A stretch of DNA of 64,000 nucleotides from Cyanobacteria bacterium P01_E01_bin.6. GTDB taxonomy: Bacteria; Cyanobacteriota; Cyanobacteriia; CAKZMO01. The stretch spans positions 3,970 to 67,969 of the forward strand of contig JBCCWF010000001.1 in assembly GCA_039194035.1 (NCBI GenBank). Direction: 5' to 3'. The notes beneath the pieces are model-generated. The model saw nothing but the letters and a program-made list of their open reading frames with translations. It was not told the origin of the DNA and did not search any database. Shown here one piece after another: positions 10,350 through 19,658 of the stretch (the first letter of the stretch is position 1; each line of letters starts with the position of its first letter). The translations under genes were made by a program, and so were the position numbers.

Positions 10350-12509
10350 TTAGGGGGCGTTGGAAAGGTCGCAGAGGGCGTCGTGGGTGCGATCGCGGCG
10401 ACGGACGCTGACTTGGGTGTTCTCGTTCCCGGAGGCGATGAGAAGGTCGTCATCCCAGATTTTGATATCAACGGTGTTGAATGGTGTTCGGACACGCTCG
10501 ACTTGAATACCGTCTCGATATTGGATGGAGCGTGTTCCGGCGGATGAGAGGGGCCACAACATCACGCGGCCATCTGCTCCAGCACTGGCGAGGTAGCACC
10601 CGTAGGGACTCAGAGCAATATCCCGTAACGGTTCACCACCATGTCCGTCATTCCATTCGTCGAGCACTTCGCACGGACGATTCGAAATGAGGCATGGTTT
10701 CAAATCCCATAGGGTGATGTAGCCTTGATTATCTGCTGTGGCCAATAAGTAGGGCTGCAAAAACACAGCCTCAACGCTGGTAATATACTGTGCTTGGCTT
10801 CCGGGGCGCGGGTAGGTGATGTCTAGCACGGTGTCTTGTTGCCAGTCCCAAATCGAAAGACGGTTGTAGCGCCCACCCGCAGCAAGGGTCGATTTTTCGT
10901 TTCCGACCATGGCAATGCCATAGACCGCAAAGTCAAACTGATGGAGCCGCACGGGAAGTTGAGCGATGTCATTGCGATCGCCCTGGGGATAGTCGAGCGC
11001 CCATTGCAGAACGGCACCGCTGCCATGACCACTGAGCAAGTGTCGAGAATCGTGAGTGAATTCCAAATCCATCACTCGATCATCTCGATCGAGGGCGAAG
11101 GTGGTCGTATGCCCCTGCCCGGTAAAAGAGCTGATTTGGATTTCGCCGTTTTCGAGTCCTGCGGCTAGCCAGTCGTTGTTGACTGGGCGATAGCGCACCA
11201 CTCGAATGGCTTTACCGGCGTCGGGCGATCGCCCCAGTTGTTGATTGATGATGGGGTTGAAAAATCCATTCACCCGCCATTGAATGGAGGTTTGGTCGCT
11301 AGACCCACTGATGACGTCATCTGTCGTACCGCTTAACTCAACGGAATTCACCGCTGCGCGATGACCAAAATAGGGATTCCCTGGATTCAGCCAGGAGAAC
11401 CACCAAATCAGATACAACACAATAAAACCCCCTAGCCCCTGGAGCCAAAGGGGAATGCGAGGCGGAATCCGAAGCGTCACCAATTGGGTGTCATCTTGGA
11501 CATCCACACGGGTATCGCTGACGGTGCCTTTCATGACAAACTGCATCTTTTTTGCGAACCCGACCCAGTGCCGCGAAATCAGCGCCCCAAGCTGAATCTC
11601 TGCTTGTTCGCCGGGATGTAAAAGCGTTTGATCGGGCACCACTTGGAGAGGGAGATGCACGCGATCATCTCCTTCGACGTCGAGAGACGCCTTCAGGGGA
11701 ATATTGCTCTCATTGTCAAAGGTCGCATCCCAGTAGACGCCATGACGTCCCCATTGATAATGGCGATCGCGCACCGGGAGCGTGTGCTCTTCGGGTGTGC
11801 AAGCAAAGTGCACCTCACCTTGAGCCAACACATCCAAATTGCCCAGAGCTTCTGACGTGGTTCCCTCAGGCTGGATGGCTCGGAGCGTAAACGGATAAGC
11901 TCCACAGATGGCATTGACATGGTCAGGCAGTCTGACTATCAGTAAGGTTTCAACGGTGCTATCAGCGGGAATATCGATCGCCTGCTCAACACCGCCAACG
12001 ATCCATTCCGGTGGAATTCCGTCTATCCAGAGCGTCGTTTCACTCTTTTCATGGGACGAGTTTTCCAGAAAAACCGGAATCTGAACCTGGTCAAGCGGAT
12101 TTGCCTGAAACTGGCGCACGGGCATCTTGATGCCAATGGGTAGCTCGCCACCCGGATCAACCTGTAGACGGAGAATGCGCCTCTCTTCCCCAAGTTCTAA
12201 GGATGTGACACGTACCGTGAGATTCACAAGCCCAGCAAAGCCTGGAATCGGAGATCCCAAAATGGAGACGTGAAATTCGGTGCGATCGCCCGGTGGTTTT
12301 TTGCTGGCGATTTCTGGCGTGAGGTCGTACCAAGCGTTGGCGCTGTCTTCATTTCCAGGTGCAAAGAGATCCAATTGAAACGTCGCAAAACGATCGCTCT
12401 GATTCACCACCACCACTACGAACTGGGTCGGTTCACTGCCAGGGGTGTAGTGGAGGGTTCGGGGTGGAACCGCAATTCCAATGCGTGTATCGGTTGTTGT
12501 AAGAGTCAT
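10350..12509 (-). CDS. membrane protein: N-terminal Ig-like repeats, TM helix, C-terminal WD40 beta-propeller
   Basis: Three N-terminal ~110-aa repeats (NQSDRFATFQLDLFAPG...WYDL; NSSHEKSET...; NESNIP...). TM segment IPLWLQGLGGFIVLYLIWWFSWL. WD40-like repeats (GHRAAVNSVELS...SGSSDQTSIQW; LLSGHGSGAVLQWAL; WDW, LWDL motifs). Confidence 0.6.
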   Translation of the reverse strand: MTLTTTDTRIGIAVPPRTLHYTPGSEPTQFVVVVVNQSDRFATFQLDLFAPGNEDSANAWYDLTPEIASKKPPGDRTEFHVSILGSPIPGFAGLVNLTVRVTSLELGEERRILRLQVDPGGELPIGIKMPVRQFQANPLDQVQIPVFLENSSHEKSETTLWIDGIPPEWIVGGVEQAIDIPADSTVETLLIVRLPDHVNAICGAYPFTLRAIQPEGTTSEALGNLDVLAQGEVHFACTPEEHTLPVRDRHYQWGRHGVYWDATFDNESNIPLKASLDVEGDDRVHLPLQVVPDQTLLHPGEQAEIQLGALISRHWVGFAKKMQFVMKGTVSDTRVDVQDDTQLVTLRIPPRIPLWLQGLGGFIVLYLIWWFSWLNPGNPYFGHRAAVNSVELSGTTDDVISGSSDQTSIQWRVNGFFNPIINQQLGRSPDAGKAIRVVRYRPVNNDWLAAGLENGEIQISSFTGQGHTTTFALDRDDRVMDLEFTHDSRHLLSGHGSGAVLQWALDYPQGDRNDIAQLPVRLHQFDFAVYGIAMVGNEKSTLAAGGRYNRLSIWDWQQDTVLDITYPRPGSQAQYITSVEAVFLQPYLLATADNQGYITLWDLKPCLISNRPCEVLDEWNDGHGGEPLRDIALSPYGCYLASAGADGRVMLWPLSSAGTRSIQYRDGIQVERVRTPFNTVDIKIWDDDLLIASGNENTQVSVRRRDRTHDALCDLSNAP

Positions 12510-12565
12510 CGCGTTTTAGTTCCTGGTTCAATTCCCTGAGTCAATCGCCTGGGTTATTCCCAGCC

Positions 12566-14485
12566 TCAATCGCCTGCAATCAGTCTTCTTAAGCGGTTTT
12601 GTACCCAGTTCAGATAATTGTGTTGACCCTCTGATTCGGGCATTTGAAGAGTGGTCAAATTGTTTGATAACTCTTGGCTGGATGCTTGGCGCTGCTTCAG
12701 CGTATTGAGGATCCGATCTTCCAACTCTGGATACTCGGTCAGCACCTGACGTAATCCATTGCGATTCAACACAAATAGGGCTATTGGTGTGACCGCTCTG
12801 ACACTGGCAACCCTCGGCACATCTAGGAACAACGAAAACTCTCCCACCACTTCACCCGCTTGAATTGATGTCAAATAACGGGGCGAATCTTCATCCGTTA
12901 AGACCTCTGCTGTGCCATCTAACAAAAAATAGAGTTCATTCCCCTGATCACCCGCACGACAAATAGTCGTACCTGCTGGCACATGCTGCTCTTCCCCAAA
13001 TTCCAATAGGCGATATCGTTCTTCCAACGTAAAGTTTTGGAAGTAAGAAACGATTTGGAGGCGCTCCGCTAGGTTTGGAGCCTGTGCAAGGGCGATCGCA
13101 CTGCGAATTGACTGAGATTGGTGAATTAATTTTTGCCAGGCCGTGACATTCCCCAACTGCGTCAATTGAGCATGCCGGAGAGATTGTTGGGCATGTTCTT
13201 GCTGCAACTGTTGGAGCTGTTGTTGGAGTCCTTGCTGACGGCTATAGACAACCTTTGCCATATCTTGAAAGATGCGGGCTAAGCGCCCCAGTTCATCTTG
13301 TCGTCGGAGGACTGGAGTCAGCAAGTCTGGGTCATGCTTTTCTTCTTCAATTAGACATGCAGCTCGTGTTAATCGGATGATGGGCTGAGTAATCCAGCGT
13401 GCAACAAAAATGCCCATTAAGCTTGCACCAACGGCAACCAACAGTCCCACTTGAATGGTGGAACGTAAACTCGCAAGGGTGATTTCCTTGAAATCAGTGG
13501 ATGGCACCATCACCACGACAATCCAATCGATTCCCGCAGGATCAAAGATCGTGTCAACGCCGATGTATTGCTCAATGCCGGATATCTTTAGAACAAATTC
13601 TTCAGATGTCGTCAGGGTGGAAAACTGTCCCATTTCATCCAAGAGTTGAGTCGTAATATCTCGAATCAATGGGTTGTTGCTCTCGGTCGCGATAATGCGG
13701 TGCTTTTCTTGATCAATTACATCAATTACCTTAAAAAGCTCCGCATGCATGGACGTTGCAATGAGTTCTCCTGAGCGCTCCATCACAAAGGCATGACCCG
13801 CAGGGCTAATTTCCAGTTCTTCAAGGAAATGCCCCAGACTTGCCAGAGAAAGGTCAAGTCCAAAAACGCCCTGCACCTCTCCATCTGCTGTATATATCGG
13901 TTGGGCAGCAGTGACACCCAGAGTTGTTTCTGTGGCAAAGGCATAGACCGGACTCCAAGCAAACTCACCAGATTTGATTGCTTGCTCATACCAGACGCGA
14001 CTCCGTGGATCGTAGATCTGCGACTGAAGCAATTCGGTCGGTTCTCGCTGCTCATTTAGACGATAGGTTAGGCGATTTGGTACCGTGTCTTGATTGCGGA
14101 GCTGAATCGTCCAGCTTCCATCTCCGGCCTCGCTGAATCCCAAGTAATTCCCTTTGGCATTGCCAAAGAAAATGCGTTTGGGCAGATCGGGTTGCTGAAC
14201 CAAATTCCAGAGTGTATCTGCCAAATCCTCATGAGACGAGTAATCGACATCAGATGCACTGCCCTCTAAGGTGGCCAGCATGGTTTGATACAACACCTTG
14301 GAATCGGCGAGATGGTTTTTCACATGGCGCTCAATTGACCCAGTGGCTTTACGACTAATTTCCTCAGCGAGTTCATGCACCACTTCTTGTTCGCTGAGAT
14401 AGGAGAGCCAACTACCCAACCCGACGGCGGCAAAGATGGGCATGACGATGAGAATAGGGAGGGTGACACGGATGGGGAGGCGCAT
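12566..14485 (-). CDS. signal-transduction protein: N-terminal TM + periplasmic Cache-like sensor, HAMP domain, Gln-rich coiled coil, C-terminal cyclic-nucleotide-binding (cNMP) domain; no output enzyme or DNA-binding domain
   Basis: N-terminal TM. Second TM followed by a HAMP-like segment (VARWITQPIIRLTRAACLIEEE). QQLQQLQQE coiled coil. C-terminal cNMP-binding signature (GDQGNELYFLLDGTAEVL ... AGEVVGEFSLF ... RVASVRAVTP). Confidence 0.6.
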   Translation of the reverse strand: MRLPIRVTLPILIVMPIFAAVGLGSWLSYLSEQEVVHELAEEISRKATGSIERHVKNHLADSKVLYQTMLATLEGSASDVDYSSHEDLADTLWNLVQQPDLPKRIFFGNAKGNYLGFSEAGDGSWTIQLRNQDTVPNRLTYRLNEQREPTELLQSQIYDPRSRVWYEQAIKSGEFAWSPVYAFATETTLGVTAAQPIYTADGEVQGVFGLDLSLASLGHFLEELEISPAGHAFVMERSGELIATSMHAELFKVIDVIDQEKHRIIATESNNPLIRDITTQLLDEMGQFSTLTTSEEFVLKISGIEQYIGVDTIFDPAGIDWIVVVMVPSTDFKEITLASLRSTIQVGLLVAVGASLMGIFVARWITQPIIRLTRAACLIEEEKHDPDLLTPVLRRQDELGRLARIFQDMAKVVYSRQQGLQQQLQQLQQEHAQQSLRHAQLTQLGNVTAWQKLIHQSQSIRSAIALAQAPNLAERLQIVSYFQNFTLEERYRLLEFGEEQHVPAGTTICRAGDQGNELYFLLDGTAEVLTDEDSPRYLTSIQAGEVVGEFSLFLDVPRVASVRAVTPIALFVLNRNGLRQVLTEYPELEDRILNTLKQRQASSQELSNNLTTLQMPESEGQHNYLNWVQNRLRRLIAGD

Positions 14486-14560
14486 GGTGGTGGGTAGGGA
14501 AGGAGTAGGGGAGTAGGGGAAGGGGAGTAGGAGTGTGGGAATAAAGGTTTTAGAGGGCTT

Positions 14561-14631
14561 GGGTCGGGGCGCAGGGCATGTGCCTTTGGTCGGATGTTGA
14601 AGATACGGAAATCTTGATGAAAATGAAGGGC
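14561..14631 (-). promoter_or_regulatory. conserved ~70-nt intergenic element, copy 1 (between the 543-aa gene stop and the cNMP-sensor gene start)
   Basis: ~80% identical to 16181-16250. Shared blocks GGGGCGCA..CATG.GCC, TCGG.T.T.GAA.ATACG.GAAT.TTGATGAAAA.GAAGGGC. Contains an imperfect palindrome GGCGCAGGGCATGTGCC. Confidence 0.45.
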
Positions 14632-14646
14632 AAAGAGTTACAGGAG

Positions 14647-16146
14647 TTAGGGTGTTGGGGGTGGAGGGGAGGATGGTGACGGGGCCTGAAGTTGGGTGAG
14701 TCGATGACGTTGCCAGGTGGTGTAGAGGGCATTGATGCCTAGTTCTTCGGCGGCACGAAGATCACCCCGTGACAAAGGTTCACCTAGATAACCTTGGAGC
14801 GCGGAGGTAACGTTGCCTAAAATGACGCTGAATCCTCGTCCTACCAAGATTTTGTGGAGTTGCTGGGCAAAGGTCGGTAGGGTTGAAAAATGGAAGGGTT
14901 GGCATCGGAGGGGATGGAGAGGAGGCAGGTCTTCCCAAGGGGTCAGCGTAATATCGAGGGGTTGGAGAAATGGCTCATAGTGGATGCTGATGGTGGCTAA
15001 TTTTTCGCCAATGAGCACCGAAATTTCGTCGAGTTCTTGAGTCAGTTCACTGTGCATGCGATCCATGTCTGAGTTGGCAGGAGGGGCGTTGGACGAAAAA
15101 GCTTGTTGATTGGGCGATCGCCCCAGTCGAGCATCAGTGACATCCTGCACCGAACTGAGTTGCTTGATGGCATCACTGAGTCGCTGATGCACCATGAGCA
15201 ATTCACCGAGATCATCCTCTTGCATCGGGTGTTCGACGATAATGCTGCCTCCAGATTGAATGTAGTGCTGGAACGCGGCAGCACTATGTTGAATCATCTG
15301 TTGAAAGGAGATGTGGCTGATGAACAGAACCGCACAATCCAATAGTTCGGCTTGCACTGTCGGAGTCATTTCTGTGAAGATGAGTGGCGACAGTGGTTGA
15401 AGTTTGGGATAGAGTCCAGGGAGCGATCGCAACAATGACTCAATGCCCTCCACGAGTGGGGACTCATGACGAATGGCCACGCGAATCGAGGCCGTTGAGC
15501 GGGGACAAACCTGTGGGCGATAGCGCAAATCCAAACGACCTGGCGTCGGATTTAGAACATCTCGCACTGGCTCAAGGGCAACAAAATCTGCTTGTAGCTG
15601 AATTCGGCACAGCTCAATTTCATTGGCTTGAGGTGGACAGTCTTTCTCGTCAATCCGATAGGTCTCGCGCATGATTTGGTTGCGACCATCCCCTTCTAGG
15701 GTTTCGGGGTCGACATAGCGCAACACGATGTAAACAACCTGGCTACCAATTTCACCATTGGATAAAACGCGGCCAGCCTCGTTGCGGGGTTGTCCCCGGT
15801 GGTCGGGTTTGCTTTCGACCTGACTTCCTGGAACGGATGCAATGCGAAAGTCTACAGACTCTGGTACCACGATGGGGTTGCCATTCACATCAATGGCCAA
15901 ACCGGGCTGAATCTGGAGCCAGCGCTGATCGCGAAACTGACTCGCGACCGTAGACGGTGGTGGAATAATGCAAACGCCTAGCCCATCAACGATGCCAGGT
16001 TGGTTGACCGATTGAAAATGCAGGTTTTGGCGCTGTCGGTGATAGGCATGAGCCAATTGCCATCGCTCTGCATTAATCAGCAAGCCATCGGATACTCGCA
16101 ACCGTTCGAAGGGATCAAGTTTTGGAGGGGGGAGAGGATTGGGCAT
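14647..16146 (-). CDS. hypothetical protein in the baseplate-gene string (possible additional baseplate/tail component)
   Basis: Start placed at MPNPLPPPKLDPFERL, downstream of the overlap with the preceding gene. No confident family match. Co-directional and tightly spaced with the GpI-like gene. Confidence 0.45.
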   Translation of the reverse strand: MPNPLPPPKLDPFERLRVSDGLLINAERWQLAHAYHRQRQNLHFQSVNQPGIVDGLGVCIIPPPSTVASQFRDQRWLQIQPGLAIDVNGNPIVVPESVDFRIASVPGSQVESKPDHRGQPRNEAGRVLSNGEIGSQVVYIVLRYVDPETLEGDGRNQIMRETYRIDEKDCPPQANEIELCRIQLQADFVALEPVRDVLNPTPGRLDLRYRPQVCPRSTASIRVAIRHESPLVEGIESLLRSLPGLYPKLQPLSPLIFTEMTPTVQAELLDCAVLFISHISFQQMIQHSAAAFQHYIQSGGSIIVEHPMQEDDLGELLMVHQRLSDAIKQLSSVQDVTDARLGRSPNQQAFSSNAPPANSDMDRMHSELTQELDEISVLIGEKLATISIHYEPFLQPLDITLTPWEDLPPLHPLRCQPFHFSTLPTFAQQLHKILVGRGFSVILGNVTSALQGYLGEPLSRGDLRAAEELGINALYTTWQRHRLTQLQAPSPSSPPPPTP

Positions 16147-16180
16147 GGGGTTTGGGGGAGTGAAGGATTTAGATGACTGG

Positions 16181-16250
16181 GGGAGGGGCGCATCGCATGC
16201 GCCCTTAATCGGGTATGGAAAATACGAGAATGTTGATGAAAACGAAGGGC
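16181..16250 (-). promoter_or_regulatory. conserved ~70-nt intergenic element, copy 2 (between the GpI-like gene stop and the 543-aa gene start)
   Basis: Paralogous to 14561-14631. Contains the perfect 8-bp-stem hairpin GGGCGCAT-CGC-ATGCGCCC. Confidence 0.45.
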
Positions 16251-16258
16251 GATCGCCG

Positions 16259-17338
16259 TTAAGTTGGCCGAGGCTCAATATGTAGGTCGTATGTGCAGTG
16301 GGCTGGTTTTTCTTGGGTGATAATGCGGTGAATTAAAGGGGGATGAATGGTGTCGGTCGTGTCGGGGCGGAGGGTGACGATGAAATGATAGGGACGGCCT
16401 CTGCCGAGGGTGGCGTTGGGGCCAAGATGAACATCCCCAAGGGTGAAGGCTTGGTTGGATGATTCTTGAATGGAAATGGCGCGATCGCCCTCTGACAACT
16501 GGTCATCGAGGGGAAGTCCGGTGGCATAGTGCAAAAACAACCTCAGTCCCCGACGAGTTCCGCGCCATTGGTAGATTTCCATGGCATGACGCATCAGTCG
16601 TCGCTGCTGATTGGGTAACAGCGGCAGCTCATCCATCGGCCAAGCGACCCAATGAGCCAAGAACGGCAGGAGGGCTTCTGGGGCAGTGAGAGGATCGAGG
16701 TAGCGTGTCAGCGCCTCGGTTGTTTCGATAATGGGGCGGAGTGCTTGCTCAAACACCTGCAAATAGCGATGCATGAAATCGACTTCTCGGTATACCGCGG
16801 GTAGCAGTTCCGAGAGTCTTGTGCGGGGACGCACAAACAGATTCAGACCCATGTATTCGAGCCGCCGCTGTTGCCTAAGTTCTGTGTGATTGTCTGTGTT
16901 ATTTGCGGTGTTATGGGCGGTTAGCTGTGGATCGTTCAGCGGTACCTGGTGTTGATAGGCAACCACCACATCCATGCGGTAATCGAGGGTGAGGACTTGC
17001 CGAGGGCTGAGGGCATGATCATCTTCAAAAAAGGAGTCTGGAACCTGGAACCGCAGGACTCCTTCCATTCGCTTGTATGGAGCAATGTCGTGGGCTTCCA
17101 GCCGAATGTGATACCAGTGAGACGGGAAGTTTCCTTCCAGCCGGACTTCGATAGAAATTGGCTCAGCGCTGGTATTCTCAAACAGCATGAGCAGTTCGCT
17201 TGGTTCCCCAGGAAACAGCACCAGATTTAGGCCGCCGCGCCCCAATTCGTCCTCACTCGTCGTCGGGGCGATCGCCTCCGAGGTTTGCATGGGGGCAAAC
17301 CGGAGATTGAGCGCAGGAGCCGGACGAGTGTGAACCAT
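16259..17338 (-). CDS. phage tail protein, P2 GpI-like (TIGR02242-type) with an N-terminal Ig-like domain
   Basis: C-terminal region (LPFLAHWVAWPMDELPLLPNQQRRLMRHAMEIYQWRGTRRGLRLFL) matches the conserved tail-protein-I family signature (W-G--D--W-----R-L-----LY--RGT--GL). The N-terminus carries the same N-S...WYHI Ig-like motif as the neighbouring large proteins. Confidence 0.55.
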   Translation of the reverse strand: MVHTRPAPALNLRFAPMQTSEAIAPTTSEDELGRGGLNLVLFPGEPSELLMLFENTSAEPISIEVRLEGNFPSHWYHIRLEAHDIAPYKRMEGVLRFQVPDSFFEDDHALSPRQVLTLDYRMDVVVAYQHQVPLNDPQLTAHNTANNTDNHTELRQQRRLEYMGLNLFVRPRTRLSELLPAVYREVDFMHRYLQVFEQALRPIIETTEALTRYLDPLTAPEALLPFLAHWVAWPMDELPLLPNQQRRLMRHAMEIYQWRGTRRGLRLFLHYATGLPLDDQLSEGDRAISIQESSNQAFTLGDVHLGPNATLGRGRPYHFIVTLRPDTTDTIHPPLIHRIITQEKPAHCTYDLHIEPRPT

Positions 17339-17389
17339 AAAATCCTTAATCTAAAATCCTTCAATCACAAGAGCGCTGAACCATCGCCA

Positions 17390-19570
17390 TTACATCCTCA
17401 CAAATCGGATAAAATGGCCTGACCGCAAGTCTCGGTCATACCAAGAACAAATGAGGCCATTGGCTCCGGGGTAGACGGAGCCAGGAGAAATTTGCCGAAC
17501 CCATTGTCCCTGGTGATGACGTAGCTCAAACAACTGCACGGTGCCCAGATACTGAACGCCTGGAGCCTGTTGAATCAGAGCAATCACATCAGATGGGTAA
17601 ACCGGACGCCCAAACGACCAACCCGTGCCGTCTTCCCCGCCAGTAATGGGATTCAAAAAGCGGTAGAGGGTCGCCAGCAACGATTGCTGCACCGCATCCT
17701 GTGCCTGGGGAGATTGGTAGGCTGGGGCGAGACCAATTTCGGCTCGCACCGATACGCCGACATAGGTTGGCTGCTCCAACACCACCTGGGTTCCCAGGAG
17801 CTTTCGTTCATCGAGATAGGTTGTCAGGTGAGTTCGGAGGCTGGGGGTGAGGATGAACTGATCCGGTGCAATCCCCTGTCCTTGGGTGACGCCTGTGGTG
17901 GGAACCTGGGGAACCACCAAAACCTTGACAGTTCCAGCTTCCATAGCGGACTGGGCCGACAGGCATCGTGCCTGGGCGATCGCCCCTTCGCCGCCTCGCA
18001 TCACCAAGGCCTCAAAATCTTCGGGAGTGACGGCGCGATCGCGGCTCCGCAATAGCTTTGGCACCCGCATGACCGCTTGTTCGAGGGATTCTGCATCGAC
18101 TCCGTAGCGAGTTGGGTCATGGTTCACCACCTCAGCCACGTAGGGAATCGCGGTTTTCAGAACCCGCACGGTTCCCGCCTGAACATTGCCCCGCACACCA
18201 CCACCTGTCCGATAGCTCACCATCCGCAGCACCGATCCTCGGGGCGGAATCGCGCCATATTGATGTTCGGTTGATACGGCGGGTGCGGTTGCCGTTTGGC
18301 CATAGTCTTGAATTTGGAGACGCACCTGAGTCGCATTCGGCCCGTGAGATGGTTCTCGAATACGGGGGCCAAACTGCACCGTGCCTGCTTGTGAATCGAG
18401 TACGTAATGATGACTTTCTGGAGTGGAATCGGCAAAATCAGCAACTTCATGCCATTGCTGGGGCAATCCGTCAGGTGGCTGTACTTCTAGATACTCGCCA
18501 TCTCGGCGGGGCAACACAGGATGATTCAATAGCTGAAACGTCTGATTAGACGTACCATCGCTGATGCCTAACAATTCATCGCGAATCAGGGTGGCTTGGC
18601 TGGCGCGAACCGAGCCGCCAATGGCTCTCACGGAGAGTCCGACAATGCGAGGCGATCGGCTGTAGGCAGGTTGAGCAGGTGTTGACGGAATACACACACA
18701 CCGAATCCATCGCCCCCGATAGGTTGAAAACGCAGACACAGGCCAATGCTGCGGTAGATGGAGAACCACATCCCCTCCCTGGAGAGGATCCAGGCCTTCT
18801 TCGGTGATCGTGCTAAAGCTAAATCCTTGAGTTCCGTCATCCTCTTCTGTTCGCAGAATGGATGTCCAGGCTGTGCCATCCCATGCTTCCCATCGACGGG
18901 GAGGTGCACTTGGATTAATGCCAGTGGCCGTGGCAGCTTCTCCTTTGACCGTGAGAGAAAGAACGTTGCCATCTAATACTTCATCCGGTTCAAAGACCAA
19001 ATAAAACGCGTTGCCCGATGCGGGTTGATCATCAAAGAGGAGTTGTTCTGGCCCATCCCATCCCCCATCCGGATCTTGAATCCAGCGATTGGTGAGGCGA
19101 TCTCGCAGGGTTTGGGGCACCTCTTCAGTAAGGGAAGAGGTAAGAAAATGCTGGAGATGGGGCTTCCCGACCCGCAATGGACGATCGGTTGTAAATACCA
19201 CGGCCTCTTCTGTTTCCGTGCGCATGGTTGCGACCTCAATTCCGGCTGGAATCATGTAGGGTTCGGGCAGTACCGTATTGAGATAGAAGGTAAGATCGGC
19301 TTGGGCCGGAAGCGGAGGCTGTAGACGAATGCCTAAGAGTTCCAGAAATGAGACATATTGACGGCGTGGTACCTGGTTAAACCGTAGGAGCATTTGCTCC
19401 GTCATCCATCCAAACAGTTCAATCAGCGTCATGCCTGGATCGCTGGGATTGAAATTTGTCCACTCTGGGCAATAGCGAGGAATCCGTAACCGAGATTCGA
19501 CCATCAAGTCATCGAGCTTGCGGTCATCCAGATCCGATTTAGGCAGATTGGGCAAAAAATTGAATTCCAT
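17390..19570 (-). CDS. baseplate J-like protein (gp6-like; TIGR02243 putative baseplate assembly protein)
   Basis: The N-terminus (DLDDRKLDDLMVESRLRIPRYCPEWTNFNPSDPGMTLIELFGWMTEQMLLRFNQVPRRQYVSFLELLGIRLQPP) is a near-textbook match to the TIGR02243/baseplate_J N-terminal signature. Length 726 aa. Confidence 0.75.
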   Translation of the reverse strand: MEFNFLPNLPKSDLDDRKLDDLMVESRLRIPRYCPEWTNFNPSDPGMTLIELFGWMTEQMLLRFNQVPRRQYVSFLELLGIRLQPPLPAQADLTFYLNTVLPEPYMIPAGIEVATMRTETEEAVVFTTDRPLRVGKPHLQHFLTSSLTEEVPQTLRDRLTNRWIQDPDGGWDGPEQLLFDDQPASGNAFYLVFEPDEVLDGNVLSLTVKGEAATATGINPSAPPRRWEAWDGTAWTSILRTEEDDGTQGFSFSTITEEGLDPLQGGDVVLHLPQHWPVSAFSTYRGRWIRCVCIPSTPAQPAYSRSPRIVGLSVRAIGGSVRASQATLIRDELLGISDGTSNQTFQLLNHPVLPRRDGEYLEVQPPDGLPQQWHEVADFADSTPESHHYVLDSQAGTVQFGPRIREPSHGPNATQVRLQIQDYGQTATAPAVSTEHQYGAIPPRGSVLRMVSYRTGGGVRGNVQAGTVRVLKTAIPYVAEVVNHDPTRYGVDAESLEQAVMRVPKLLRSRDRAVTPEDFEALVMRGGEGAIAQARCLSAQSAMEAGTVKVLVVPQVPTTGVTQGQGIAPDQFILTPSLRTHLTTYLDERKLLGTQVVLEQPTYVGVSVRAEIGLAPAYQSPQAQDAVQQSLLATLYRFLNPITGGEDGTGWSFGRPVYPSDVIALIQQAPGVQYLGTVQLFELRHHQGQWVRQISPGSVYPGANGLICSWYDRDLRSGHFIRFVRM

Positions 19571-19658
19571 AGCGCTTCTCAGAGTATGGGGCCGAGAGGT
19601 GAAGCCAGATCATGAGGTGAGTAAGATGCCCGATAGCGCGGCTTATGACACTGCTGCA

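Noticed and set aside
10197-10495. N-terminal 100-codon extension of the 957-aa ORF (MSEHHSTPLISKSG...PPTLHPF...)
   Set aside because: Overlaps the 3' end of the upstream WD40 gene in another frame and consists of the G-run tract read as Pro/Thr/Ser codons. The internal MDDFYGDK start is more plausible.
16147-16278. Upstream start of the 543-aa ORF overlapping the GpI-like gene stop
   Set aside because: The region contains the conserved intergenic motif. The Met at 16146 gives a sensible start. The extension is probably non-coding.
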